A stretch of DNA of 64,000 bases from positions 1,693-65,692 of the forward strand of contig CASFOW010000013.1 in NCBI GenBank assembly GCA_949296705.1, in the 5' to 3' direction. This DNA comes from an uncultured bacterium (GTDB lineage: Bacteria; Bacillota_I; Bacilli_A; RF39; UBA660). A program made the position numbers and the translations under genes. This document shows, piece by piece, positions 20,619-29,947 of this stretch; position 1 is the stretch's first letter; every line of letters starts with the position of its first letter. The notes beneath the pieces are model-generated. The model saw nothing but the letters and a program-made list of their open reading frames with translations. It did not search any database and had not been told where the DNA came from.

Positions 20619-21843
20619 CCTTATCACCTTTTATTTTATCCACTAATTTACCGATAACCCCTAACCGATTTTCTTTATGTTCTATCGCATACTTATAGAC
20701 ATCTAATACGGATTCTGCAAAATATTTAGAACTGTAACGCTCGGAATTGATTCTAGCTTGTTTAGAAAGTTTTTTAACTTGTTTATTATCATTATACAAC
20801 TCTTTAATAATTTCTTTACATTCTTTTTTGGTATTAAAAATTCTACCATTTAATCCATCAATTACTGTACTAGCAAAACTTTCATCATCAATACAAATTG
20901 GGGTAACTTCAGATGCCATTGCTTCAATTACTGTTAATCCTTGAGTTTCTGAATGAGAAGCTGTTAAAAAAATATTTGCCAAATGATAGTAATATGGCAT
21001 ATCTTCCCATTTTGCCTTTCCTGTCATGATAATATGTTCTTGCAACTTTTCATTTTGAATATACTCTTGATATTCTTCCATATCTGGACCGTCACCAACG
21101 ATCAATAATTTTAGTTTTGGGCAACTTTTTACTAAATCTTTTACGACATCCATTAAAAAGACAATATTCTTCTCTTGAGCTAAACGTCCTACGAAAATAG
21201 CTACAAAATCATCATTTTTTAACCCTTGTTTTTTTCGTAAAGTGGCTAATTTTTCTTCATCAATATTTTCTTGATAAAATCTCTCTAATTCTATTCCTGT
21301 TGGGATAATATGAATATTCTTATCTACTTTGTATTTTTCTTTGAATAAGTCATAAGTTTTTTTAGTAGGTACAATCAATTCACTAGCTGTTTTATCACAG
21401 TAGAATAGGGTTAGATATTCAACAATCTTTTTACTAGACTTATTGAAATAACCTTTCGTTACATAATGAATATAATCTTCATACATTGTATGATAAGTAT
21501 GAACTAGGGGGATGTCTAATTGAAAGGCAAGAAGTCTCGCAAAAGTCCCAATCGCAAATTCAGTTTGTGAATGAATAATATCTAATTTCCAGTTTTTAAT
21601 GATATTTACTGCTTTAATTGGATAAATAGATGTTAATCTAGAGTCATATATTCCGGTTGGAATACCTGGGATTCTTAGAACGTGTTCTTTTTCATCGTAA
21701 TCATAATGAAAACTTTCTAAGTTAGCAGTTACCACATAAACTGTATGTCCTAACCTTTCTAAAGCATCTTTCAACATTACTTCGCTAGTTACTAAACCAC
21801 TAATATACGGCGTATATGTTTCAGTAAAAATTCCTATTCTCAT
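20599..21843 (-). CDS. GT4-family glycosyltransferase, probable diacylglycerol glycolipid synthase
   Basis: 414 aa. MRIGIFTETYTPYISGLVTS... and the E-x7-E region (SHSETQGLTVIEAMAS) are typical of GT4 alpha-glycosyl-DAG synthases. Its stop overlaps the tpiA start, and its start overlaps the upstream gene (ATGA). Confidence 0.8.
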   Translation of the reverse strand: MRIGIFTETYTPYISGLVTSEVMLKDALERLGHTVYVVTANLESFHYDYDEKEHVLRIPGIPTGIYDSRLTSIYPIKAVNIIKNWKLDIIHSQTEFAIGTFARLLAFQLDIPLVHTYHTMYEDYIHYVTKGYFNKSSKKIVEYLTLFYCDKTASELIVPTKKTYDLFKEKYKVDKNIHIIPTGIELERFYQENIDEEKLATLRKKQGLKNDDFVAIFVGRLAQEKNIVFLMDVVKDLVKSCPKLKLLIVGDGPDMEEYQEYIQNEKLQEHIIMTGKAKWEDMPYYYHLANIFLTASHSETQGLTVIEAMASEVTPICIDDESFASTVIDGLNGRIFNTKKECKEIIKELYNDNKQVKKLSKQARINSERYSSKYFAESVLDVYKYAIEHKENRLGVIGKLVDKIKGDKDEMDSK

Positions 21844-22844
21844 CTTTTCTTCCTTCCTTTAACATTTAAGACGATCGCACCAATAATCATCAATAAATAG
21901 TATGATATTGTTCGCCAAATTAGAAGAGAGGCTTTTAGAATACTACCACCAATAAAGCATCCGAAGAACTTCAAATAACCATACTCAATACCACCACTTG
22001 CACCTGGTATTGGTACAAATGAACCAATGATTAAAATATATGCCGATGAAACGATTGCGGTAATTGGTGATACTCCGGTTCCTCCTAAGGCAATAATGAC
22101 AAAATAAGGCATTACATAAGTTAGGGTTAAGTAAATCATATTATAAAAGAAAGCTTCTAAGCAAAGAAGTTTATTCTTTTTTAAATAAGTTGTTCCTTCA
22201 TGGAAGTCATCGATTCTTTCGCGCCATGCTTCTTGGGTTTTTTCAGGATTTTTTATTAGTTTTAATTTTCCTAAAAAGGAAATAACTTTTTTTATTACTA
22301 AATGATTGAATTTACTACTAAAACTGATGATAATCAATCCTAACATTACTAAAGTATTTACCATGAAGCCTAAGACAATTAATTCTTTTAGTACAGGTAT
22401 ATTTTTAAAAAGATGAAAATTCGCATTAATCGCTATCGCAAATAACCCATATATTACTAAAGCTGCCTGATAAATAATAAAGTTTTGCATGATAATATTA
22501 GTTGCTTTTGTGAAGCGGAAACCATCTTTTTTTAGCATGTAAATTTGCATCGGTTGTCCACCAGTAGAAAATGGGGTAATCCCATTAAAAAACTTTGTCA
22601 TAAACTGCATACGTAGGGCTTGACCATAACTATAGTCCTTAGTATAACTATTGACAATTTTCTTATATGCTAATGCTTCAAATACGATAGCTAGTAATTG
22701 ACAGAGAAGCGCTAAGAAAAGAAAGAAGAAATTGGCACCAAGAAGTGCGGCAATAATCGCGCTAAAATCATCTTTTAATACTAAGAAGAGAATTAGTATG
22801 GTAATACCAATTAATATTAGACTGTTTTTCTTTAAGCTTTTCAT
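21840..22844 (-). CDS. Flippase-like membrane protein (UPF0104 / lysyl-phosphatidylglycerol-synthase TM-region family)
   Basis: 334-aa polytopic membrane protein. Its N-terminal pattern and length are typical of the TIGR00374-type family, which is commonly paired with glycosyltransferases. Confidence 0.65.
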   Translation of the reverse strand: MKSLKKNSLILIGITILILFLVLKDDFSAIIAALLGANFFFLFLALLCQLLAIVFEALAYKKIVNSYTKDYSYGQALRMQFMTKFFNGITPFSTGGQPMQIYMLKKDGFRFTKATNIIMQNFIIYQAALVIYGLFAIAINANFHLFKNIPVLKELIVLGFMVNTLVMLGLIIISFSSKFNHLVIKKVISFLGKLKLIKNPEKTQEAWRERIDDFHEGTTYLKKNKLLCLEAFFYNMIYLTLTYVMPYFVIIALGGTGVSPITAIVSSAYILIIGSFVPIPGASGGIEYGYLKFFGCFIGGSILKASLLIWRTISYYLLMIIGAIVLNVKGRKKR

Positions 22845-22922
22845 AGTACACTCCTCTTTTTTGCTTTATCTTTTAGTAGTTTACGGATTCTACTTGAGAA
22901 ATTATCTTCTTCTAAAGAAATC

Positions 22923-24101
22923 TCACTTGTCAGCGATTACTTCAAGACCTGGTAAACTCTTTCCTTCTAGATATTCTAAAGTAGCTCCTCCTCCAGTAGA
23001 TGCATGACTGACTTTATCTTTATACCCTAATTGACTAGCAGCAGCTACGATATCACCACCGCCTAAGATCGTATTAATATTGTTATCAGTTAAGAATTTC
23101 AATACTTCTTTCGTTCCTATACTATATTTAGGATTTTCATATACACCTAATGGGCCGTTCCAAACAACGGTTTTCGCTGTTTTTAGTATATCACAAAATT
23201 GTTGAACTGTCTCTGGGCCAATATCTAAACCTTTTTCGGTAGTAGATAGTTCGTTAATTTTTGCGATACGGCTATTCTCATCTTCTAAGGAAGTTGCGGC
23301 TTGTACATCAACTGGTAAAATGATTTTTCCTGGATAATTCGTTAACATTTGTTTACAAAATTCGATATTTTCTTCGTCTAAAATACTACTTCCAATTGAG
23401 TAGCCAGCTGCTTTTAAAAATGTGAATGCCATCCCGCCACCAATAATAATTTTATCTGCTTTTTCAATTAAATTTTTGATGACACCAATTTTATCAGCCA
23501 CTTTACTTCCGCCAAGAATGACGATATATGGATGTTCGGGATTATCAAGTCTACTTAATGCTTTTAATTCTTTTTCAACTAAAAAGCCAATCGCATTTGG
23601 TAATTTACTACCAATTCCTACATTAGATGCATGACTACGATGAATGGTTCCAAACGCATCATTGATGAAAATATCGCCTAAGTTTGCCCAATAAGTAGCT
23701 AATTCTTCATCATTACTACTTTCTTTTTTACCATCTAAATCCTCAAAGCGAGTATTTTCGATTAATAAAATATCGCCCTCTTTCATTTCTTGAACGGTTT
23801 TAATTAGAGTATCACTTCTCGTTTTATTAATAAACAAAACTGGACGATGGAGTAATTCGCTTAACTTCTCGGCAACCGGAGCTAAGGTATTCTTGCTCTT
23901 ATCGCTTTCCTCTTTAATTCTTCCTAGGTGGGACATTAAAATTACTTTTGCTCTCTCACTAACTGCATAACGAATCGTGTCTAGGCTTTCTACAATTCTA
24001 GTATCATCCGTAATTTCTCCATTCTTCATAGGAACATTAAAATCACAACGGATGATTACTCGTTTACCTGTTAAATTTAAATCGGTAATACTTTTCTTCA
24101 T
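22923..24101 (-). CDS. pgk: Phosphoglycerate kinase
   Basis: 392 aa. RVIIRCDFNVP, SHLGRIK and STGGGATLEYLEGK are PGK signatures. Confidence 0.96.
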   Translation of the reverse strand: MKKSITDLNLTGKRVIIRCDFNVPMKNGEITDDTRIVESLDTIRYAVSERAKVILMSHLGRIKEESDKSKNTLAPVAEKLSELLHRPVLFINKTRSDTLIKTVQEMKEGDILLIENTRFEDLDGKKESSNDEELATYWANLGDIFINDAFGTIHRSHASNVGIGSKLPNAIGFLVEKELKALSRLDNPEHPYIVILGGSKVADKIGVIKNLIEKADKIIIGGGMAFTFLKAAGYSIGSSILDEENIEFCKQMLTNYPGKIILPVDVQAATSLEDENSRIAKINELSTTEKGLDIGPETVQQFCDILKTAKTVVWNGPLGVYENPKYSIGTKEVLKFLTDNNINTILGGGDIVAAASQLGYKDKVSHASTGGGATLEYLEGKSLPGLEVIADK

Positions 24102-24142
24102 TTTGTAACCTCTTTTCTTTTATTCTTTTTCATTACTAGTAT

Positions 24143-24175
24143 ATCAAAAAAAAGAGATGAATAAAATCTCTTTTC
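24143..24175 (-). terminator. Intra-operon hairpin/attenuator between gap and pgk
   Basis: Minus strand has AAAAGAGAT-tttattc-ATCTCTTTT followed by TTTTT, about 20 nt after the gap stop. Confidence 0.55.
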
Positions 24176-24193
24176 ATTAATTACTAGATATTC

Positions 24194-25210
24194 TTACATG
24201 GTTTCCATAACTTCTACTAGTTTTTTAGCTGTTCTTACCATTTGACTAGTATAAGAATTTTCATTATCGTACCAAGCGACAACTTGGACTAATGTCTTAC
24301 CGTCGCCTAGGCTAATTACTTTTGTTTGGGTAGCATCGAAAATCGAGCCATGTGTGTCACCAATAATATCACTAGAGACAATTTCTTCATCGGTGTAGCC
24401 ATAAGCATCACTTTGTACTGATTTCATCATTTCATTGATTTCTTCTTTGGTTACTTCTTTATCGACAACTGCATCTAGAATTGTCAAACTGCCATCTGGA
24501 ACTGGTACACGTTGTGCGCCACCGATTAGTTTACCTGATAATGAAGGAATAACTAATCCAATCGCTTTGGCAGCTCCAGTAGAGTTAGGTACAATATTGA
24601 TCGCACCAGCACGGGCTCTTCTTAAATCTCCTTTTCTATGTGGTCCATCTAAGATCATTTGATCTCCTGTATATGCATGAACTGTAGTCATGATACCTGA
24701 GATAATTGGGGCATAATTATTTAGGGCATTAGCCATTGGGGCAAGGCAATTTGTCGTACAAGAAGCAGCCGAAATAATATGATCATCTTTCGTAATGATA
24801 TTTTCATTTACCCCATAAACTACTGTAGGTACATCATTACCAGCTGGGGCAGAAATGATTACTTTTTTCGCTCCGGCTCTTAAGTGTGCTTCGGCTTTTT
24901 CCTTGGAAGTAAAGAATCCCGTACATTCTAATACTACATCGACACCTAATTCTCTCCAAGGTAGTTCTTCTGGGTTAGAGATCGCATAAACTGGGATTAA
25001 TTTTCCTGCTACCATAATTCCTTTCTCTGTCGCCTGAATAGTATCTGCTAATTCATATTTTTTTTGGGCAGAATCATATTTTAATAAGTGTGCTAACATT
25101 TTGGGATTGGTCAAATCGTTAATCGCAACAATTTCGTAGTCACTACTAGCAAACATTTGGCGAAAAGCAAGTCGACCAATACGCCCAAAACCATTAATTG
25201 CTATTTTCAT
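24194..25210 (-). CDS. gap: Glyceraldehyde-3-phosphate dehydrogenase
   Basis: 338 aa. [13 protein letters not shown] and the active site [12 protein letters not shown] are present. Confidence 0.97.
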   Translation of the reverse strand: MKIAINGFGRIGRLAFRQMFASSDYEIVAINDLTNPKMLAHLLKYDSAQKKYELADTIQATEKGIMVAGKLIPVYAISNPEELPWRELGVDVVLECTGFFTSKEKAEAHLRAGAKKVIISAPAGNDVPTVVYGVNENIITKDDHIISAASCTTNCLAPMANALNNYAPIISGIMTTVHAYTGDQMILDGPHRKGDLRRARAGAINIVPNSTGAAKAIGLVIPSLSGKLIGGAQRVPVPDGSLTILDAVVDKEVTKEEINEMMKSVQSDAYGYTDEEIVSSDIIGDTHGSIFDATQTKVISLGDGKTLVQVVAWYDNENSYTSQMVRTAKKLVEVMETM

Positions 25211-25233
25211 TATATCCTCCTCTTTCTATTTTC

Positions 25234-25262
25234 ACTATATAGTTTTTACCTAGTATTGTCAA
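25234..25262 (-). promoter_or_regulatory. Sigma-A type promoter of the gap operon
   Basis: Minus strand reads TTGACA-17 nt-TATAGT. The -35 is at 25257-25262 and the -10 at 25234-25239. Confidence 0.7.
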
Positions 25263-25297
25263 TATATTCAAAAAGAACTAGTTGTCACTTGTCACTT

Positions 25298-25388
25298 TTT
25301 TCCACAAGAAATGGGGATAATTACTGCTTTTTTGTAACTGTTTTCCACAGTTTTGTGGAAAGTTTTTAATTTTTTTCTTTTATCCACA
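25298..25388. promoter_or_regulatory. Cluster of four DnaA-box-like 9-mers, including a perfect palindrome
   Basis: TTTTCCACA at 25298-25306. TTTTCCACA at 25341-25349. TGTGGAAAG at 25355-25363 (that is, CTTTCCACA on the other strand). Perfect TTATCCACA at 25380-25388. The two central boxes form TTCCACA-gttt-TGTGGAA. Confidence 0.5.
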
Positions 25389-25394
25389 ACTTAC

Positions 25395-27047
25395 TTATAC
25401 TTTAAAACAGCCACCGCCAATAAATTCTCTTAAAATGGAGTCTTCAGGAATACTCTCTGAAGAAATTGGTAAAAATACCCGCAAAAAGTTAATTAAGCGA
25501 ATGGCTTCGTTATAATATTCTGATGTGACCGGTACGGAATAAAGAAGTGGTTCAACGAAAGTTTTTAATACCCCCAGCTCATAAATATGAGCCGTATTAA
25601 AGGTGTACTCCGCATCATCCTGATAAGGGAAAATATTCTTTTCTTCCCCTTCTCTTACTTTAGCCCAGCTTTTTAAGGTATCCTCGATGCTGTTTCCTCT
25701 AGTACGGTTATCGCGAACAATTCTTCTTAATAGTCGATTATCGGTTGTTGATACTCGGGCATGATTATCAATATTTAATTCCGTAAGAGCCGATAAATAA
25801 ATCGTTACTTTATTTTCTTTAGGAATGTGTTCTAATACTTTGGGATTTAGGGCATGAATTCCTTCAATTAAAAGAATATCTTCTTTATTCATTTTTATTT
25901 TATTTTTATATTCTTTTTTCCCTAGAATAAAGTTATACGTTGGAACAGAGGTTTCTTCACCTGCCAATAATTTTTGAATTGTCGATTCAAATAATTCTAA
26001 GTTAACTGCTTCTAAGCGTTCATAATCGGGTTTTCCATCTTCACCTAAAGGTGTCTCCTCTCTTTCGACAAAGAAATCATCCATTGATAACATAATCGGG
26101 TTTTTGCCAAAGCTTTTTAAACATAACACTAACTTGTTGGTCGTCGTTGTTTTTCCTGTTGAGGATGGGCCACCGATAAGAACGATTTTAGCATGTTCTC
26201 TCTTGTTTACAATTTCTTTCGCAATATCGAATAATTTCTCATTTTTCACTAACTCATCGATACGAATTAACTCTTCAATTGTACTGTTAGATACTCGGCG
26301 GTTTAAATCCACTACGTTTTCTAATTTCAATAGTTTAGCCCAATCTCTAGAACGTTGAAATAATTCAAAGATATTTTTTCGATGTTGGTAGGGTTTGATT
26401 CCCTCTTTCATATAGATAGTAGGAAAGCGAAGGACAAAACCATTTTCGTGTAAGTAAGTTAACTCAAAGTGAGATAATGCTTTTGTACTAATTGGCATCT
26501 GACTATATAAGTAATTATATAGATCAGCTAGTTTATATAAAGTGACATGAGTAGAAGTAATATAGCCCATTATTCCTGCCTTTACTTCATCTCCTACTGC
26601 TTGAAAATAATTTTTAGCATCTAATCTCGTTACGGTTACTTTGGTAATTGGTAAATCAGCAGCAACAATTTCTTTCATTTTTAATCCTAGCTGTGTTAAG
26701 TCTTCTTCTGTTAAACCAATATTTGTTTCTATATATAAGCCTTTATCTAAAGAGTGATTAACTTTAATTTCCATGTTACTTCCAAATAACTGTTTTGTCG
26801 CATAAATCGTTAGATAAATTAAGCCATTTAAAAATACCCGATTCGCACCTCTTTCAGTTAAATCTAAAAATTCTACTTTACAGTCTTTGTGAATAGTATA
26901 TGTTAATTCCTGATAAATACCATTTACTTTCGCTAAAATAATCTCATACTTAAAATTAGATTGGTAGTTATTCGCTAATTCAGCAAGATTAGTCCCCCGC
27001 TCTACTTGAACTCTTTCTTCTCCAATCGTAATCGTTATTTGATTCAT
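25395..27047 (-). CDS. Uridine/nucleoside kinase-family protein with an N-terminal TGS-like extension
   Basis: About 550 aa. The C-terminal half has P-loop LIGGPSSTGKTTT and uridine-kinase-like motifs. The N-terminal ~280 aa resembles the TGS/second-additional-domain region of ThrRS. The ATG at 27047 follows a GGGGTG SD; the ORF track starts at the GTG at 27056. Confidence 0.7.
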   Translation of the reverse strand: MNQITITIGEERVQVERGTNLAELANNYQSNFKYEIILAKVNGIYQELTYTIHKDCKVEFLDLTERGANRVFLNGLIYLTIYATKQLFGSNMEIKVNHSLDKGLYIETNIGLTEEDLTQLGLKMKEIVAADLPITKVTVTRLDAKNYFQAVGDEVKAGIMGYITSTHVTLYKLADLYNYLYSQMPISTKALSHFELTYLHENGFVLRFPTIYMKEGIKPYQHRKNIFELFQRSRDWAKLLKLENVVDLNRRVSNSTIEELIRIDELVKNEKLFDIAKEIVNKREHAKIVLIGGPSSTGKTTTTNKLVLCLKSFGKNPIMLSMDDFFVEREETPLGEDGKPDYERLEAVNLELFESTIQKLLAGEETSVPTYNFILGKKEYKNKIKMNKEDILLIEGIHALNPKVLEHIPKENKVTIYLSALTELNIDNHARVSTTDNRLLRRIVRDNRTRGNSIEDTLKSWAKVREGEEKNIFPYQDDAEYTFNTAHIYELGVLKTFVEPLLYSVPVTSEYYNEAIRLINFLRVFLPISSESIPEDSILREFIGGGCFKV

Positions 27048-27081
27048 TAATCGCACCCCTTTATTTTATTGTTTTATTGTT

Positions 27082-27258
27082 TTATTCTTTTATTTTTTGT
27101 TTTAATTTTTCCGGTTCTTTTGATAATTTGTTTGCCTCATCAAGAAAGATTAATTTCATCCCCGTTGTTAGTTTAAAATAATCAGATAAACTCATCGAAA
27201 TAGTTTTTTCTTTTGTAGAATTTGGCGTTATTTTTAAATTATTAACTTTAGTTTTCAA
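27082..27258 (-). CDS. Possible small protein (58 aa, TTG start)
   Basis: GAGGTG SD lies 5 nt before the TTG at 27258. Translation is MKTKVNNLKITPNSTKEKTISMSLSDYFKLTTGMKLIFLDEANKLSKEPEKLKQKIKE. It is below the ORF-track cutoff and I recognise no family. Confidence 0.25.
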   Translation of the reverse strand: MKTKVNNLKITPNSTKEKTISMSLSDYFKLTTGMKLIFLDEANKLSKEPEKLKQKIKE

Positions 27259-27369
27259 GTTATCACCTCAAAGTTATTATATTACTTTTTTTTGCAATTA
27301 GAAAGCATAGTTTGTCTTTAATGAATATTTTTTGTGATTTTCTACTAATATATATATAGGTGAAGAAAA

Positions 27370-27945
27370 ATGAGTTTAGTTCCTATTGTCATAGACAAAG
27401 AAAGTAATGGTGAAAGAAGTTATGATATTTTTTCTAGATTATTAAAAAACAGAATTATTCTATTAAGTGGCGAGATCAACGATAATACTTCTGATTCTAT
27501 TGTTGCGCAACTACTCTATTTGGATTCTTTAAATCACGAAGATATTAGTCTCTATATCAATAGTCCTGGTGGTTCGATTACTAGTGGGATGGCCATATAC
27601 GATACAATGAACTTTGTTAAAAGTAAGGTTTCGACGATTTGTATTGGTATGGCGGCAAGTATGGCGGCTTTTCTTTTATCTTCAGGGGAAAAAGGAAAAC
27701 GATTTATCTTACCAAATGCTGAGGTGATGATTCATCAACCATTAGGCGGTGCTCAAGGGCAAGCAACAGAAATAAAAATTGCAGCGGAACACATTTTAAA
27801 AGTAAAGAAGAGAATGAATACTATTCTTGCTACTAATACCAACCAAGATATCGAAACGATTGAAAAAGATACCGAAAGAGATAACTTTATGGATAGTAAA
27901 GAAGCTTTAGAATATGGTATCGTTGATCAAATTATCAGTCATTAA
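27370..27945 (+). CDS. clpP: ATP-dependent Clp protease proteolytic subunit
   Basis: 191 aa. [11 protein letters not shown] (Ser), MIHQPLGG (His) and the ERD motif are present. Confidence 0.97.
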   Translation: MSLVPIVIDKESNGERSYDIFSRLLKNRIILLSGEINDNTSDSIVAQLLYLDSLNHEDISLYINSPGGSITSGMAIYDTMNFVKSKVSTICIGMAASMAAFLLSSGEKGKRFILPNAEVMIHQPLGGAQGQATEIKIAAEHILKVKKRMNTILATNTNQDIETIEKDTERDNFMDSKEALEYGIVDQIISH

Positions 27946-27948
27946 TTT

Positions 27949-27975
27949 AAAGAGACACAAGTATGTTGTCTTTTT
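27949..27975 (+). terminator. Terminator hairpin after clpP, shared with the convergent gene
   Basis: AAAGAGACA-caagtatgt-TGTCTTTTT (9 bp, one G-U) with a T-rich 3' arm. Confidence 0.5.
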
Positions 27976-28483
27976 ATTTGTGATAAGTTTTAGAACTTAA
28001 AAAATTCATTACTTCTTCTTTTGTATATACGGTGTCAGGAAATCCTCCATATTGAATCGCTATTTTCTCTCCCTTTCCAAATATAGATTGGTTACTCGCT
28101 AATAAATGTAGACAAATATCTTTTTGAATATCTGTTATATTTTCAATTTCAATAGGAAAAATTAAACTTCCCATAGAAGAATCTAGACCACCTAATTTAT
28201 TTTTTATATATTCTAATCTAACACCAGTATATACAATACATCCTAATTCACAAAGTAGTTTTGTTGCTAGATAGATCTCATATACATTAGATTGTTTTGT
28301 TTCTAGATAGTCATTAATATAACTAGAAAAAACATCTTTATGTTCTTGATTATCTTCCACAACTATAATTTCACCACAAGGAGTAATGACGTAGCCACCA
28401 GATAGAACTGACATTTCTTCAGGAAGGCAACTTGGATACTCTTTACATTCTCTCTGATTTTTACTAATTGGTCTTATTTTCAT
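27974..28483 (-). CDS. Hypothetical protein (169 aa)
   Basis: Intact ORF at the end of the yvcK-whiA-GNAT string. I recognise no family. Confidence 0.55.
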   Translation of the reverse strand: MKIRPISKNQRECKEYPSCLPEEMSVLSGGYVITPCGEIIVVEDNQEHKDVFSSYINDYLETKQSNVYEIYLATKLLCELGCIVYTGVRLEYIKNKLGGLDSSMGSLIFPIEIENITDIQKDICLHLLASNQSIFGKGEKIAIQYGGFPDTVYTKEEVMNFLSSKTYHK

Positions 28484-28489
28484 ATTTTC

Positions 28490-28981
28490 TTATATTCCTT
28501 TCCGATTATTTTTCTGTTTTGATTTCATATAGACTATCCATTCATCATCTTGATAAGCAATGTCCATGCCTGCTTTCTCTAATGCTTTTTGACTAGCAAT
28601 ATTTTCTTTTTCTACTTCTCCAACAATACAATCTATATTTTGAACAGTGAAAAGATAATCCACTATTTCAGCTACCATTTTACTTCCTAGACCTAAATTG
28701 CGATATTGTTCACTAATCGCATAATAAAGACTAGTTGTTCTTCCTTTTATTCCCTCTGTTGGTGGACTCAAATTGATATAACCAATTGGATTGTTAGCAT
28801 TATCGAAACATAGATATTCTTCTATCCAGCTGTCTTCTTTTTTGTTGAGCTCTAATTTTGTTTTTTCTAAATCCCAGAGGTAACTAATATTATTCGATTT
28901 CATTAACTCTTTTAAAAATTGTAAATGTTTAATATTCTCGCGATCTAGTTTATCCACATACAAACCGTCTAACTTTATCAT
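28490..28981 (-). CDS. GNAT family N-acetyltransferase
   Basis: 163 aa. YRNLGLGSKMVAEIVDYLF is motif A. Confidence 0.8.
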   Translation of the reverse strand: MIKLDGLYVDKLDRENIKHLQFLKELMKSNNISYLWDLEKTKLELNKKEDSWIEEYLCFDNANNPIGYINLSPPTEGIKGRTTSLYYAISEQYRNLGLGSKMVAEIVDYLFTVQNIDCIVGEVEKENIASQKALEKAGMDIAYQDDEWIVYMKSKQKNNRKGI

Positions 28982-29016
28982 TAATTATCCTACTTTCTCG
29001 TTCTTTCTATAACTTT

Positions 29017-29943
29017 TCATTTTTTTATTTTTTCTGCCAATTCTCTTATTTTTCTAAAGCGATGATTTAATCCAGATTTAGTAATGGGCTTTCCTGTTTC
29101 ATAAGAGATTATTTCACTTAACTCTAAAAGAGATGCTTCAGGATACTTTTCTCGATAATCAATAATCTCTTTGGTTTTGTCATCTAATAATTCGATTCCT
29201 AAGTTTTCTTTTAAATAACGAATATCTTCTAGTTGTTTAGTAGCAGTTTCCACGATTTTATCAATATTAGCTTGTTCGCAATTATTTAAGCGATTCGTCA
29301 TATTTTTATGATCACGATAAATTCTGATATCTTCATAATATAATACCGCATTAAAAGCACTGATAATTCGTAAGAAATCACCTATTTTTTCGGCTTCTTT
29401 AATGTATACCATGTAGCCTTTTTCTCTACTTAGTATTTTACTATTGAGGGAAAAATTGTTTAATAGTTTTTGAATAAACTCAGCCTCTTCTTTTTCATCG
29501 ATTAAATATTCTAAATGATACCTAGATGTTTTGGGATCGTTAATACTTCCTTTGGTTAAAAAGCTTCCCCTTAAATAAGCTCTCATTTCTGCTTCGGAAT
29601 CCGCAATATAACTAGCGGGTTTAGGTAAATATTCTCCATGTTCATCTATGATGGATAAATCTTTTAAAATAAAGTCTACTCTATCGTTAATCATAATTAA
29701 ATAGAGATTATTTTTACTGAAGTTATTTCCTTTTCTAGTTTCTATCTCACAAGTAATATCATAGAGATCTTTACATAGTTTATATATACGTTTTACTACC
29801 GTCGCATTTTCAGAGACGAGATCAATAGTTGTATCGCTATAATTTCCATTATTTCGCATGAAGCCAGATAACTCTGCAATACTTTCAGATTTGGTGTTAT
29901 CGATTCTAGAAATTTCTTCTTTGATTGTTGTTGTGAAAGACAT
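29017..29943 (-). CDS. whiA: DNA-binding sporulation/cell-division regulator WhiA
   Basis: 308 aa. MSFTTTIKEEISR..., a LAGLIDADG-like middle region and a C-terminal HTH (SGLNHRFRKI) are present. It follows yvcK as in other Firmicutes. Confidence 0.92.
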   Translation of the reverse strand: MSFTTTIKEEISRIDNTKSESIAELSGFMRNNGNYSDTTIDLVSENATVVKRIYKLCKDLYDITCEIETRKGNNFSKNNLYLIMINDRVDFILKDLSIIDEHGEYLPKPASYIADSEAEMRAYLRGSFLTKGSINDPKTSRYHLEYLIDEKEEAEFIQKLLNNFSLNSKILSREKGYMVYIKEAEKIGDFLRIISAFNAVLYYEDIRIYRDHKNMTNRLNNCEQANIDKIVETATKQLEDIRYLKENLGIELLDDKTKEIIDYREKYPEASLLELSEIISYETGKPITKSGLNHRFRKIRELAEKIKK

Positions 29944-29947
29944 ATTA

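Noticed and set aside
27061-27100. Tandem T-rich 8-mers (TTTTATTG x2, TTTTATTC, TTTTATT).
   Set aside because: This is short low-complexity AT-rich DNA with no spacers. It is not a CRISPR array or a minisatellite of meaningful length.
27259-27369. I looked for a CtsR operator (GGTCAAA-N3-GGTCAAA) and a clear promoter upstream of clpP.
   Set aside because: No GGTCAAA or TTTGACC repeat is present, and only weak -35/-10 candidates exist. I therefore make no regulatory call.
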